A stretch of 64,000 nt of DNA from Nibricoccus sp. GTDB lineage: Bacteria > Verrucomicrobiota > Verrucomicrobiia > Opitutales > Opitutaceae. The notes below the pieces were generated by a model that searched no databases, was not told the DNA's origin, and saw nothing but the letters and a program-made list of their open reading frames with translations. The position numbers were made by a program, and so were the translations under genes. The DNA is taken from positions 4,864,001 through 4,928,000 of the forward strand of contig JASGHG010000001.1 of the NCBI GenBank assembly GCA_047602425.1, given 5' to 3'. Within the stretch, counting starts at the first letter, position 1, and each line of letters begins with the position of its first letter. Positions 29,296 through 39,085 of this stretch are shown here, one piece after another.

Positions 29296-32064
29296 ATGTC
29301 CACCGATCTTCGTGTTGTCCATCTCCGCTGCGAATATCTCGTCAATCCACTCGGGATTGATGAACGCGTCCCGCGCCTGAGCTGGCAGCTTGAATCTTCC
29401 CGACGCGGCGCCCGTCAAGTCGCGTACCGTCTTCACGTGGCAAGCAAACCTGAACTGCTCGCCACCGCCAAGTCCGATCGTTGGGATACAGGCCGCGTCG
29501 AAAGCAGCCAAACCACGCATATTGCCTATGCAGGGAGCCCGTTGCATTCACGCGATGTTTGCCACTGGCAGGTGGAAGTCTGGGATGAAACCGGAGTCAG
29601 CATCAAATCCGAACCGAGTCTTTGGTCCATGGGGCTTTTGGAAAAATCCGAGTGGCTCGCCCAATGGATTACCCATGATCCGGAAATCATCCGGCGCGAT
29701 CCAGAAGCCATCGTAGCTACTCTCATCGAGCCCGGCACCCCTGCGATTTTCCGCAAAGAGTTTGAAATTCCTGCGACAATCAAGCGTGCCACTATCTACG
29801 CCAGCGCTCGCGGCGTTTTCGAACTTCGCGCAAATGGCCAGCGAATCGGTGAAGATCTTTTTGCCCCGGAGTGGACTGACTACGACAAGCGGATTCACTA
29901 CCGAACCTACGACGTTACCCAACTTCTTTCACCTGGCCTCAATGTAATCGGTGCCACGCTTGGCGATGGCTGGTGGTCCGGCTACGTCGGCTGGCAGGAA
30001 ACGCGCTGTCGCTACGGATCGCTGATCAATAGCTTTGTTGCCCAACTCGAAATCGAACTTGCCGATGGTCGCCGCCTCACCATCGGCACCGACGGCTCTT
30101 GGACCTGCAACACCGGCCCCATCCTCTCTTCCGACTGGATGATGGGCGAAACCTACGACGCCCGACGTGAACGCACTGGTTGGGATCGTCCGGGTTTTGA
30201 AATCGATAACCAAAAGTCGAACAGCAAAAATTCCACACCCTGGCTTTCCGCCCTCGAGGTCGCCGCACCCACGGTTCCTCTCGTCGCCCAACGCGCCGAA
30301 CCCGTTCGCATTACCGAATTCCTCAAGCCCGTTTCGCTGACCGAAATCAAACCGGGAGTCTGGATCTACGACCTCGCCCAAAACATTTCCGGTTGGGTCC
30401 GCCTGAAACTTCCGCCACTTCCCGCTGGTACCAAAATAACGGTTCGGCAAGGCGAACGCCTCTCCCCGGATGGCACGCTCTACGTCGAAAATCTCCGTCG
30501 TGCCAAAGCCACCGACATCTACATCGTCCGAGGCAACCCAGCTGGCGAAACCTACGAGCCTCACTTTACCTTCCACGGTTTCCAATACGTTGAACTCACC
30601 GCTGTCGACCCAGCAGCCTGTCATCTATTAAATGACAAATTCCGCCCTAACCTCGCCACGGTGACCGGCTGTGCCATCCATTCCGCCACGCCGCCGGCCG
30701 GCCATTTCGAATGTTCGCATCCCGGTGTGAATCGCCTCTGGCTCAATGGTGTCTGGTCGCAGCGCGACAATTTTCTCACAGTGCCGACCGATTGCCCGCA
30801 ACGCGACGAGCGCCTCGGGTGGATGGGCGATGCGCAGGTTTTTCTTCGCACCGCCTCGTACAATATGGACGTCGCGGCGTTCTTCACAAAGTGGATGATC
30901 GATGTCGAAGACGCGCAGACTCCCGAGGGCATTTTTCCGGACACCGCCCCGCGTCTCCGCGAAGGCGAAAACTTCATCGGCCTCGGCAATTTGGGCGGCT
31001 CTGCTGGTTGGGCTGACGCCGGTGTGATTATTCCCCATACGATCTGGCGCGTCTACGGCGACCGTCGCATTCTTGAGCGGCACTACAACGCCATGGTCAA
31101 ATGGGTCGATTGGATCGCCCGCCACAACTCCAACGGCCTTCGCGTCAATCAACTGGCAAATAACTACGGCGATTGGTTATGCATTCCGAGCGATACCTCC
31201 TTCGGCACGCATTCGCCGATGAAGAATTTGCTCGCCACCGCCTATTGGGCCGACGATTGCACAAAACTCTCGCAGATCGCGCGCGAGTTGGGACGCGACA
31301 CCGATGCTGCGCGTTTCCAAAAAATGTTCGAATACGTCCGAACCGCCTTCCAGAAGGAATGGTTGCGTCCCGACGGCCGCATCACCACCGAAACGCAAAC
31401 AGGCTACCTCCTCGCCCTCGCCTTTGACCTTCTCCCTGAAAACTTGAGGGCCGCCGCCACCGAACACCTTGTGGCGAACATCCGCGATCTCGATTGGCAT
31501 CTGAGCACCGGTTTCATCGGCATCAGCCACCTCAATCCCCAGCTCACGCTCGCGGGCCGCGCCGACGTCGCCTACAAGCTTCTCCTTCGCGACGATTATC
31601 CCTCGTGGCTCTACCCGGTGAAACATGGCGCGACCACCATCTGGGAACGCTGGAATGGCTGGACGCACCAGGACGGATTTTTCAATCCGCACATGAATTC
31701 CTTCAACCACTACTCCCTCGGCTCCGTCGGCGAGTGGCTCTTCCGTCACGTCGCGGGTATTGAACTCGATCCCCTCGTTACCGGTTTTAAAAAGTTCGTC
31801 TTGCGTCCCTTTGTCGGCACCGGCCTTGATCATGCCCGCGGGACTTACCGCACACAGCACGGCGAAATCGAAAGCGCGTGGAAACGCTCCGGCAACAAGC
31901 TCACGTGGAAAATCCGCGTTCCTCCCAACACCGCGGCCCACGTTTACATTCCCGGCGCCGCAACAAACACGGATGGCCTCAAAATCGTTTCACAGGAAAA
32001 AGATTTCACCCTTTGCGAAGCTCCGGCGGGTTGTTATGAACTGTCCTCCAACCTTTCGACTTAG
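29296..32064 (+). CDS. GH78 alpha-L-rhamnosidase, no signal peptide
   Basis: LRCEYLVNPLGID, PHFTFHGFQYVE, PTDCPQRDERLGWMGD, GATTIWERWN, MNSFNHYSLG. Confidence 0.95.
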   Translation: MSTDLRVVHLRCEYLVNPLGIDERVPRLSWQLESSRRGARQVAYRLHVASKPELLATAKSDRWDTGRVESSQTTHIAYAGSPLHSRDVCHWQVEVWDETGVSIKSEPSLWSMGLLEKSEWLAQWITHDPEIIRRDPEAIVATLIEPGTPAIFRKEFEIPATIKRATIYASARGVFELRANGQRIGEDLFAPEWTDYDKRIHYRTYDVTQLLSPGLNVIGATLGDGWWSGYVGWQETRCRYGSLINSFVAQLEIELADGRRLTIGTDGSWTCNTGPILSSDWMMGETYDARRERTGWDRPGFEIDNQKSNSKNSTPWLSALEVAAPTVPLVAQRAEPVRITEFLKPVSLTEIKPGVWIYDLAQNISGWVRLKLPPLPAGTKITVRQGERLSPDGTLYVENLRRAKATDIYIVRGNPAGETYEPHFTFHGFQYVELTAVDPAACHLLNDKFRPNLATVTGCAIHSATPPAGHFECSHPGVNRLWLNGVWSQRDNFLTVPTDCPQRDERLGWMGDAQVFLRTASYNMDVAAFFTKWMIDVEDAQTPEGIFPDTAPRLREGENFIGLGNLGGSAGWADAGVIIPHTIWRVYGDRRILERHYNAMVKWVDWIARHNSNGLRVNQLANNYGDWLCIPSDTSFGTHSPMKNLLATAYWADDCTKLSQIARELGRDTDAARFQKMFEYVRTAFQKEWLRPDGRITTETQTGYLLALAFDLLPENLRAAATEHLVANIRDLDWHLSTGFIGISHLNPQLTLAGRADVAYKLLLRDDYPSWLYPVKHGATTIWERWNGWTHQDGFFNPHMNSFNHYSLGSVGEWLFRHVAGIELDPLVTGFKKFVLRPFVGTGLDHARGTYRTQHGEIESAWKRSGNKLTWKIRVPPNTAAHVYIPGAATNTDGLKIVSQEKDFTLCEAPAGCYELSSNLST

Positions 32065-32076
32065 TATTTTTTAACC

Positions 32077-33732
32077 ATGCGTCGCCGTCACAACATTGGT
32101 TCGAGGAGGAGCACGTTGTCCCTAACGCGCTTTTGCCCGCTATCCGTCGTTTTATTCCAGTTTTTCTTCGGCACAATTCTCACTCTCAATCTTTCCAGCG
32201 CGGAAGCGGCAGCCGATATCGTTCCGCGTAACGAACCGCTTGCCACCACTAGTTCCGGTCCAATCAGCGGCTATATCGACCAAGGGATCAACGCCTTCAA
32301 AGGCATTCCTTACGGCGGTGATACTGCCCTTCGTCGTTTCAAAGCCCCGGTTCCACCCGATCCGTGGGCCGAGGTGCGACGCTGTGTCGAGTTCGGTCCG
32401 ATGGCGGTCCAGCCGAATGGTTATCATGCGGATCGCGCCGATCGGCCCGCGTATCAGCAAAGCGAAGATTGCCTTCGACTCAACGTGTGGACGCCCGCTC
32501 TGCGTGACGGAAAGAAGCGCCCGGTCCTCGTCTATTTTCACGGTGGCGCTTACAACGGTGGTTCGGTTAACTCCGATCTCTACGACGGCGTGCGCCTTTG
32601 CAAAAAAGGCGACGTTGTTGTCGTGACCGTTAACCACCGTCTCAACGGCTTCGGTTATCTTTTCCTCGCCGACTTTGGCGGCCCAGCCTACGCGGAGTCC
32701 GGGAACGCCGGCATGCTCGATCTCGTTCTCGCGCTTAAATGGGTGCGCGATAATATCACGGAGTTCGGCGGCGATCCTGGCTGCGTGACCATTTTCGGTC
32801 AATCGGGTGGCGGTGCCAAATGCGCGACACTCATGGCCATGCCTGCGGCTCATGGACTTTTTCACCGAGTCTGGACCATGAGCGGTCAGCAAATCACCGG
32901 CCGCATGCGTAAAAACGCCAATGACACCGCGCGCAATTTTCTCCAAAAGCTCAATCTCACGCCCAGCGAGATTGGACGCCTAAATACACTTTCGACCGAA
33001 CAACTTGTCACCGCCATGGCCGGTGGATCCTGGACGCCGGTTGTCGACGGAAAAGTGCTGCCACGCGATCCCTTTGCCCCCGATGCCTCGCCGCTTTCCG
33101 CTGACATTCCCATGGTCATGGGTAACACCCACGATGAAACCACCAACCTCATCGGCGGCAGCAATTCCGCGCTTTTCACTCTCACTTGGGAAACACTGCC
33201 CGAGGCGCTCACTAAAACCATCAAGCAATTCATGGGCGAACTCACTCCCGCTGCAATCGTGGCGGAGTACCGCAAGCTTTACCCAAACTACTCGCCATCG
33301 GACATTTTCTTCGCCGCCACGACTGCCGCCCGTTCGTGGAAAAGCATGGTGGTCGAATGCGAAAGCCGCACCCGCCAGGGCGGCGCGCCAACGTACGTCT
33401 ATTATGTGGATTGGCCCTCGCCGGTTGACGGCGGAAAATGGAAGGCGCCGCACATGATCGATATCCCTCTCGTGTTCGACAATGCCGCCCAAGACAAGCT
33501 CACCAAAGGTTTTCCTGAAGCCCAAAAGCTCGCCGATCAAATGAGCGATGCACTGATCGCTTTTGCCCGTACTGGAAATCCAAATACGACCAGTCTTCCC
33601 GCCTGGCCGCGATTCGATCTCGATGCACGCCCAACCATGCTGTTCGACACCAAGGTCCGCGTCGAAAACGATCCTCGCGGCGCGGAGCGCAAGCTCTTCG
33701 CCCCGGCTGTCTACGTTCAACCCGGCACCTGA
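32077..33732 (+). CDS. Type-B carboxylesterase
   Basis: FKGIPYG, SEDCLRLNVWTP, FHGGAY, FGGDPGCVTIFGQSGGG (GxSxG), APHMIDIPLVF. Confidence 0.93.
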   Translation: MRRRHNIGSRRSTLSLTRFCPLSVVLFQFFFGTILTLNLSSAEAAADIVPRNEPLATTSSGPISGYIDQGINAFKGIPYGGDTALRRFKAPVPPDPWAEVRRCVEFGPMAVQPNGYHADRADRPAYQQSEDCLRLNVWTPALRDGKKRPVLVYFHGGAYNGGSVNSDLYDGVRLCKKGDVVVVTVNHRLNGFGYLFLADFGGPAYAESGNAGMLDLVLALKWVRDNITEFGGDPGCVTIFGQSGGGAKCATLMAMPAAHGLFHRVWTMSGQQITGRMRKNANDTARNFLQKLNLTPSEIGRLNTLSTEQLVTAMAGGSWTPVVDGKVLPRDPFAPDASPLSADIPMVMGNTHDETTNLIGGSNSALFTLTWETLPEALTKTIKQFMGELTPAAIVAEYRKLYPNYSPSDIFFAATTAARSWKSMVVECESRTRQGGAPTYVYYVDWPSPVDGGKWKAPHMIDIPLVFDNAAQDKLTKGFPEAQKLADQMSDALIAFARTGNPNTTSLPAWPRFDLDARPTMLFDTKVRVENDPRGAERKLFAPAVYVQPGT

Positions 33733-33734
33733 CC

Positions 33735-35401
33735 ATGCGCCCACTCGTCCAGCGTCTGCTTGCCATTGCACTTTTTCTGCTTGGCTTTGCAGTTCGTGCC
33801 GACGAAACAAAACCATCGATCAGCACTAACCCCATCATTCGTGGCGATTGGTCCGATCCGGCGCTGATTCGAGTAGGCGACGATTACTACACCTGCCGTT
33901 CCTCCTTCGGCTGGCAACCTGGCATTCCCATCGCGCATAGCCGCGATCTCATTCACTGGGAATATATCGGCCACGCTTTCACCACGCATCCCAAATTGAC
34001 CCCCGGCGATACTCGCGGTGGCATCTGGGGCGTCGACATGGGCTATAATCCCAACACCCGGCAATTTCTCATCTACGCCCCTTGCCGCGATCATTCGGTT
34101 TATGTTTTCAGCTCACCGCGTCCCGAAGGGCCGTATAAAATGACTTTCCTCGGCGACGACCTCGGCATCGATCCGGGATTCTTCGCCGATGACGACGGTA
34201 AACTCTACCTCGTGCTTAGTCACGGAACGATTCACGAACTTACACCCGACGGGCTCTCCATCAAACGCACGGCCAGCCGCATCGATCGTTCGCGGTATAA
34301 ACTTTTCGAGGGTCCGGCGATTTTTAAACGCAGCGACTGGTATTACCTCCTCTTTTCCGACGGCGGCACTCTCCCTCATGAACCAAGCACCATCTCCACA
34401 CTTCGCGCTCGCAGCCTTTCCGGCCCTTGGACGGAAGATCCCGGCAATCCCGTGATGTTTTCCACTGGGAAGGGTGCGCGATTTGAAGCACCCGCTCATG
34501 GCACGCTGCTTCAAACGCCGGATGGCCAGTGGTTCCTTGCTTATCACGCGCACGAAACCGCTTTCTACACACTGGCCGCCAGATGCTGATGCAGCCAGTC
34601 GAGTGGACCGACGATGGCTGGTGGCGACCAACCACCGGCAAGGTGCCAACCGATACGTTCGGCAGTCCGGCACTCCCTATCGGCAATTTTAAATTCGCCC
34701 AGTCCGACGAATTCGAGTCCGAAAAACTCGGCCTGCAATGGTTCTTCACCTGCCCGCCTGACTTTGGCGGCAAATCGTGGTCACTATCCGAAAAATCGGG
34801 CGTTCTCTGTCTTCGCACGCAGCCTGGCGATTTGACAATTCTCACTGCCTTGCCGGTTGTTTTCCAACAACGCGTCATCGATAAAACTTTCTCGTTCGAA
34901 ACGAAACTTACCTTTGCGGCGCATGAAGGACACGAAGCGGCCGGCTTGCATATGTTTCACGATCCACGGATGAACTTCTGGCTCGTCTCCACCGTTCGCG
35001 ATGGAAAAGCCGTCATCTCTGTTGGCAAAACCAATCTCGGCCAGCGTGCCGATCTCTGGTCAATGCCCAACCCGCACGGCGATACCGTCCACCTGAAGAT
35101 CGTGGTCAACGGCGAGGAGCGTGCCACGTTTTTCTTTGGACCCGACGGCGAACAATGGACGAAACTTGGCGATAGCATTTATTTCGGAGCCAGCGCCCAC
35201 CACCTGCGCGGCAACCTCAAAGGCGACCCCGACCTCGGCTGGGTCGGCACTTACAAGACACGCGCGCCCGATGGCGAACAAATCCGCGAGGGCAACGTCT
35301 GGACCGCCGCGACCTTCGGCGTCTTCGCCATACGCGATGGAGCCAAAGCCACGCGCAATGCCGATTTCGAGTATTTCCGCGTCACGCCCGCCGTGCCCTA
35401 A
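33735..35401 (+). CDS. GH43 xylosidase/arabinofuranosidase with C-terminal beta-sandwich, interrupted by a missing base near 34575
   Basis: NPIIRGDWSDPALIRVGDDYY, IDPGFF, EGPAIFK, HGTLLQT; joins ORF 34529..35401 as FYTL|GRQMLMQPVEW if GG at 34574-34575 is GGG. Confidence 0.88.
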
Positions 35402-35412
35402 CCTTTTCCTCC

Positions 35413-36666
35413 ATGGAACGTCTCACCGCCAAATACTATATCGAAACGCCACTCCCCGTCGCCAAGGCCGCCGCTTCGCTCGCCGGCGAACAATCTTCCG
35501 GTACATTTGTTGAGGTACCCGGAGAGACCGCCGAGTTGAAACAGCGTTTCGCCGCACGGGTCGAAAAAATCGTCGAGCTCGATTCCTCTCCAGTCCCTGC
35601 GATTCCCACCGGCCGCCCCGCTCCAGCCAACGCCGTTTATCGTCGTGCCGAGATCACGGTTTCCTGGTCCATCGAAAATTTCGGCTACAATCTACCGACG
35701 ATCGTTTCCACCATTCAGGGCAACCTTTACGAGCTCGCGCAGTTTTCCGGCCTCAAATTGATGGAGATCGAGGTGCCGCACTCCTTTGCCGAACGTTTTA
35801 GCGGACCTAAATTCGGCGTCGCTGGCTGCCGTCGACTCACGGGCGTCCAGGCCCGTCCGCTCATCGGCACCATCATCAAGCCCAGCATCGGCCTCACGGT
35901 CGCGCAGACGGCCGAACTCGTGAAAACGCTCGTGGAAGCCGGCATCGATTTTCTCAAAGACGATGAACTCATGGCCAACCCGCCGCATTCGCCGTTCGAC
36001 GAACGCGTTGATGCCATCATGCGGGTGATCAATGACCACGCCGAACGAACCGGAAGAAAGGCGATGTATGCGTTCAACATCAGCGACGAGGTCGATGCCA
36101 TGCAGCGCCATTACGACAAGATCGTTTCCACCGGCGGCACCTGTGCGATGGTTAGCCTCAACAGCGTTGGTCTTTCCGCCACCAAGAAAATCTGCGATCA
36201 CGGCCAACTCGCCATCCACGGCCACCGCAATGGTTGGGGCATGTTTAATCGTCACCCGCTACTCGGCATAGAGTTTCCTGCTTACCAAGTCCTCTGGCGT
36301 CTCGCCGGCATCGATCAACTCCACGTCAACGGTATCGCCAATAAATTCTGGGAATCCGACGACTCGGTCGTCCGCTCGATTGAAGCCTGTCGTCGTCCGC
36401 TCCTCGGCGGTATGTCAGTCTTGCCGGTTGTTTCCTCCGGACAATGGGGAGGCCAGGCACCCGAAACCTATCGCCGTACCCAAACGACTGATCTCCTGTA
36501 TATGGCCGGGGGCGGCATCATGGCCCACCCCGACGGCCCAGCGGCGGGTGTCCACGCGCTTCGCAAATGGTGGGACGCCGCCGTCGAAGGCCTCACGTTG
36601 GAACAAGCAGCCACAAAATACCCCGAGCTCGCAAAGTCGGTGGCAAAATTTGGAAAATCGAAATAG
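35413..36666 (+). CDS. RuBisCO-like protein (form IV), OiaT/OiaX-like
   Basis: AGEQSSGTF, GPKFGV, GTIIKPSIGL, GIDFLKDDELM (carbamylated Lys motif), HGHRNGWG, GGGIMAHPDGPAAG; KPS replaces the RuBisCO KPK; no small subunit nearby. Confidence 0.93.
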   Translation: MERLTAKYYIETPLPVAKAAASLAGEQSSGTFVEVPGETAELKQRFAARVEKIVELDSSPVPAIPTGRPAPANAVYRRAEITVSWSIENFGYNLPTIVSTIQGNLYELAQFSGLKLMEIEVPHSFAERFSGPKFGVAGCRRLTGVQARPLIGTIIKPSIGLTVAQTAELVKTLVEAGIDFLKDDELMANPPHSPFDERVDAIMRVINDHAERTGRKAMYAFNISDEVDAMQRHYDKIVSTGGTCAMVSLNSVGLSATKKICDHGQLAIHGHRNGWGMFNRHPLLGIEFPAYQVLWRLAGIDQLHVNGIANKFWESDDSVVRSIEACRRPLLGGMSVLPVVSSGQWGGQAPETYRRTQTTDLLYMAGGGIMAHPDGPAAGVHALRKWWDAAVEGLTLEQAATKYPELAKSVAKFGKSK

Positions 36667-36743
36667 TCCACAAATAATACTGCGGGAATTTTGGGTATTA
36701 CACTTCGTTTCATTTCAACCAACTCTCTGCATTCGTTGACACC

Positions 36744-38070
36744 ATGACCGCAAAAAACGACCTCCTTCTTGCTTATTATGGCGACGACTTCACCGGTTCC
36801 ACGGATGCCTTGGAGTTTTTGACGAGAGCCGGCATCAGCACCACGCTGTTTCTCGATCCACCTGGTCCCGACAAGCTCAAACTCTACCCTGGCATCCAAG
36901 CGGTGGGAGTCGCCGGTTTTACGCGTTCACTCGCACCAGAAGCGATGGAAAAGGAACTGCGTCCCGCTTTCGAAGCGCTGCGAACACTGGGCGCACGGCA
37001 TGTGCACTACAAGGTCTGCTCGACTTTCGATTCGTCGCCCGAAGTCGGTAGCATTGGACGCGCGATCGATGTTGGTTCTTCGGTGTTCAGTGCGGCGTTT
37101 GTCCCCTTGCTCGTTGCTGCACCCGCGCTGGGGCGTCATTGCGTGTTTGGAAATCTTTTTGCGCGAATGGGCATAGGCAGTCAGGGCGAAATTTTCCGGC
37201 TCGACCGGCACCCCTCAATGAGTCGCCATCCAGTGACTCCGGCTCGACGAAAGCGACCTGCGTCTGCATCTGGCCAAACAAACAGCCAAGACCATTGCCC
37301 TTTTCGACATTCTCAAGCTCGGACTGCCCGTGCCGGAAGCGCGTAACGAACTTGAGAAATTGCTCAGCGGGAAACCCGGGATCGTTTTATTCGATGGATT
37401 GTATGCCGAGCAACTGACGATCGTCGGCGAGTTGATCGACGCTTACGCGAAACCTCAGCAGCCGCTCTTTTCGGTGGGTTCATCCGGCATCGAAATGGCC
37501 CTGGGCGCGCATTGGACCAAAACCATGAAGCTCACCTCGCCGTCGACCTGGCTACAACCGTTGTCCACCACCCCGCTTCTTGTCATCTCAGGCAGTTGCT
37601 CTCCAGTGACAGCGGCACAAATCGCTTTTGCCGGTAACACCGGGTTTGGGCACGTGCCACTTGACGTCGCGGCGCTTACGCGCGGTGAGAGCGTGGAAAC
37701 GACGATTCGCATCATTGTTTCCCATTTGCGAGCTGGACGGCATGTCGTAGCCTACACCAGTCGCGGCCCCGTCGATACGCCACTTTCTCGCGACGGCGCC
37801 CGTACCCTTGGGACGACGCTCGGCGTGATTGCCCAAGCTGCCATCGCTCAGGGCAAAGTCCGAAGGGTGATGTTTGCCGGAGGAGACACATCGAGTTACG
37901 CCGCGCGTTCGCTCGGAATTGACGCGATCGAAATGATCGCACCGCTTGCACCCGGTGCCCCCCTTTGTCGCGCGCATTCCTCCGATCCACTCATCGAGGG
38001 CCTGGCCGTCAATTTCAAAGGTGGGCAAGTTGGCGCCGAAGATTATTTCGCTTCAGTCGCATTCGCCTGA
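36744..38070 (+). CDS. DUF1537 four-carbon acid-sugar kinase (OiaK-like), interrupted by one extra base near 37243
   Basis: YYGDDFTGSTD, HYKVCSTFDSS, RLDRHPSMSRHPVTP|DESDLRLHLAKQT, VGSSGIE, SGSCSPVT, AGGDTS, KGGQVG; the halves join on deleting one base at 37242-37245. Confidence 0.88.
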
Positions 38071-38081
38071 ACATATCCGCC

Positions 38082-38243
38082 GTAGAGAACACAGAGCTTT
38101 GACACAGAGTTCACAGAGTAAAACCAAACCTAACCTTTATCCTCTCTTCCTTCTACATCAATGACCATGAGTGAAAATGCGTGGTTAAGACTCCTTCTCC
38201 ATCCTCCGTGTTCTCTGTGTCCGAGCTCCGTGCCCTCTGTGAT
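38082..38243. repeat. Imperfect inverted-repeat element built from cacagag units
   Basis: Left gtagagaacacagagctttgacacagagttcacagag (38082-38118); right ctccgtgttctctgtgtccgagctccgtgccctctgtgat (38204-38243). Confidence 0.8.
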
Positions 38244-38300
38244 CCACTCCGAATAATCCCGTCATCCTATATTCTTCGTTCTCCATCCTAAATTTTCCAC

Positions 38301-38957
38301 ATGCCCACCCTCGCTCTCATCCATACCTCCGCCACGCTCGTCCCGGTCTTTGCCGCGCTCACCAAGGAAAAGCTGCCTGGCGTCGCCACGTTCAACATTG
38401 TCGATGACAGTCTGGTCGGCGGCATTCGCAAAAAAGGTTCTCTCACCGCCGATATCGCTCGCCGCGTTGCCAGTTACATCCAATCTGCCGAAGCTAGCGG
38501 TGCCAATCATATCCTCGTGACCTGCTCCTCGATCGGCCCCGCGGTCGAAGCCGCCGCACCCTTCAGTGCAGTCCCTGTTCTTCGGGTCGATCAACCCATG
38601 ATCGACAAAGCCATTCAGGCCGGCACACGCATCGGCGTCATCGCGACGCTCGCTACCACACTTAATCCCACCACCGACCTCCTTCTGCGGCGTGCTGCTC
38701 TTGCCGGCAAAAAAATCGATCACACCGCCCGCCTCGTCGACGGCGCCTTCGAGGCACTTATGAGTGGCGACGCAGCCAAGCATGATAACCTCGTCGCATC
38801 CGCGCTCCGCGAACTCTCAACGCAGGTCGACGTCATCCTCCTCGCCCAAGCTTCAATGGCCCGCGTCGTCGATACGCTCGCCCCAGCCGACCGCCGGATC
38901 CCCATTTTTGCCAGTCCACCTATTGCGATCGAACACCTCGCCACCGTAATCAAATAA
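38301..38957 (+). CDS. Asp/Glu/hydantoin racemase-superfamily protein (single Cys)
   Basis: LIHT, ILVTCSSIGPAVE, PVLRVDQPM, IGVIATLATTLNPT, DVILLAQASMA. Confidence 0.85.
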   Translation: MPTLALIHTSATLVPVFAALTKEKLPGVATFNIVDDSLVGGIRKKGSLTADIARRVASYIQSAEASGANHILVTCSSIGPAVEAAAPFSAVPVLRVDQPMIDKAIQAGTRIGVIATLATTLNPTTDLLLRRAALAGKKIDHTARLVDGAFEALMSGDAAKHDNLVASALRELSTQVDVILLAQASMARVVDTLAPADRRIPIFASPPIAIEHLATVIK

Positions 38958-38970
38958 CCGTTCTGCCCCG

Positions 38971-39064
38971 TGAGCGTTAAAAGTTAAGCGTTGAACATCG
39001 AGCGTTCTGCATCGTTTCCCATCCTCGACTCGATGTTAAATGTTCGATGTTCAGCGTTGGATGT
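38971..39064. repeat. Two arrays of heptamer repeats
   Basis: tgagcgt taaaagt taagcgt tgaacat cgagcgt, then tcgatgt taaatgt tcgatgt tcagcgt tggatgt. Confidence 0.8.
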
Positions 39065-39085
39065 TTCCCCCTGTTCCCCCTTCCT

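Noticed and set aside
35413..36666. Bona fide RuBisCO / carbon fixation
   Set aside because: KPS instead of KPK, form IV length, no rbcS or phosphoribulokinase, and a catabolic kinase as neighbour.
28340..37245. Programmed ribosomal frameshifting or phase variation at the three split genes
   Set aside because: No slippery heptamers or long homopolymer tracts at the junctions; directions are mixed and the families are not known to recode.
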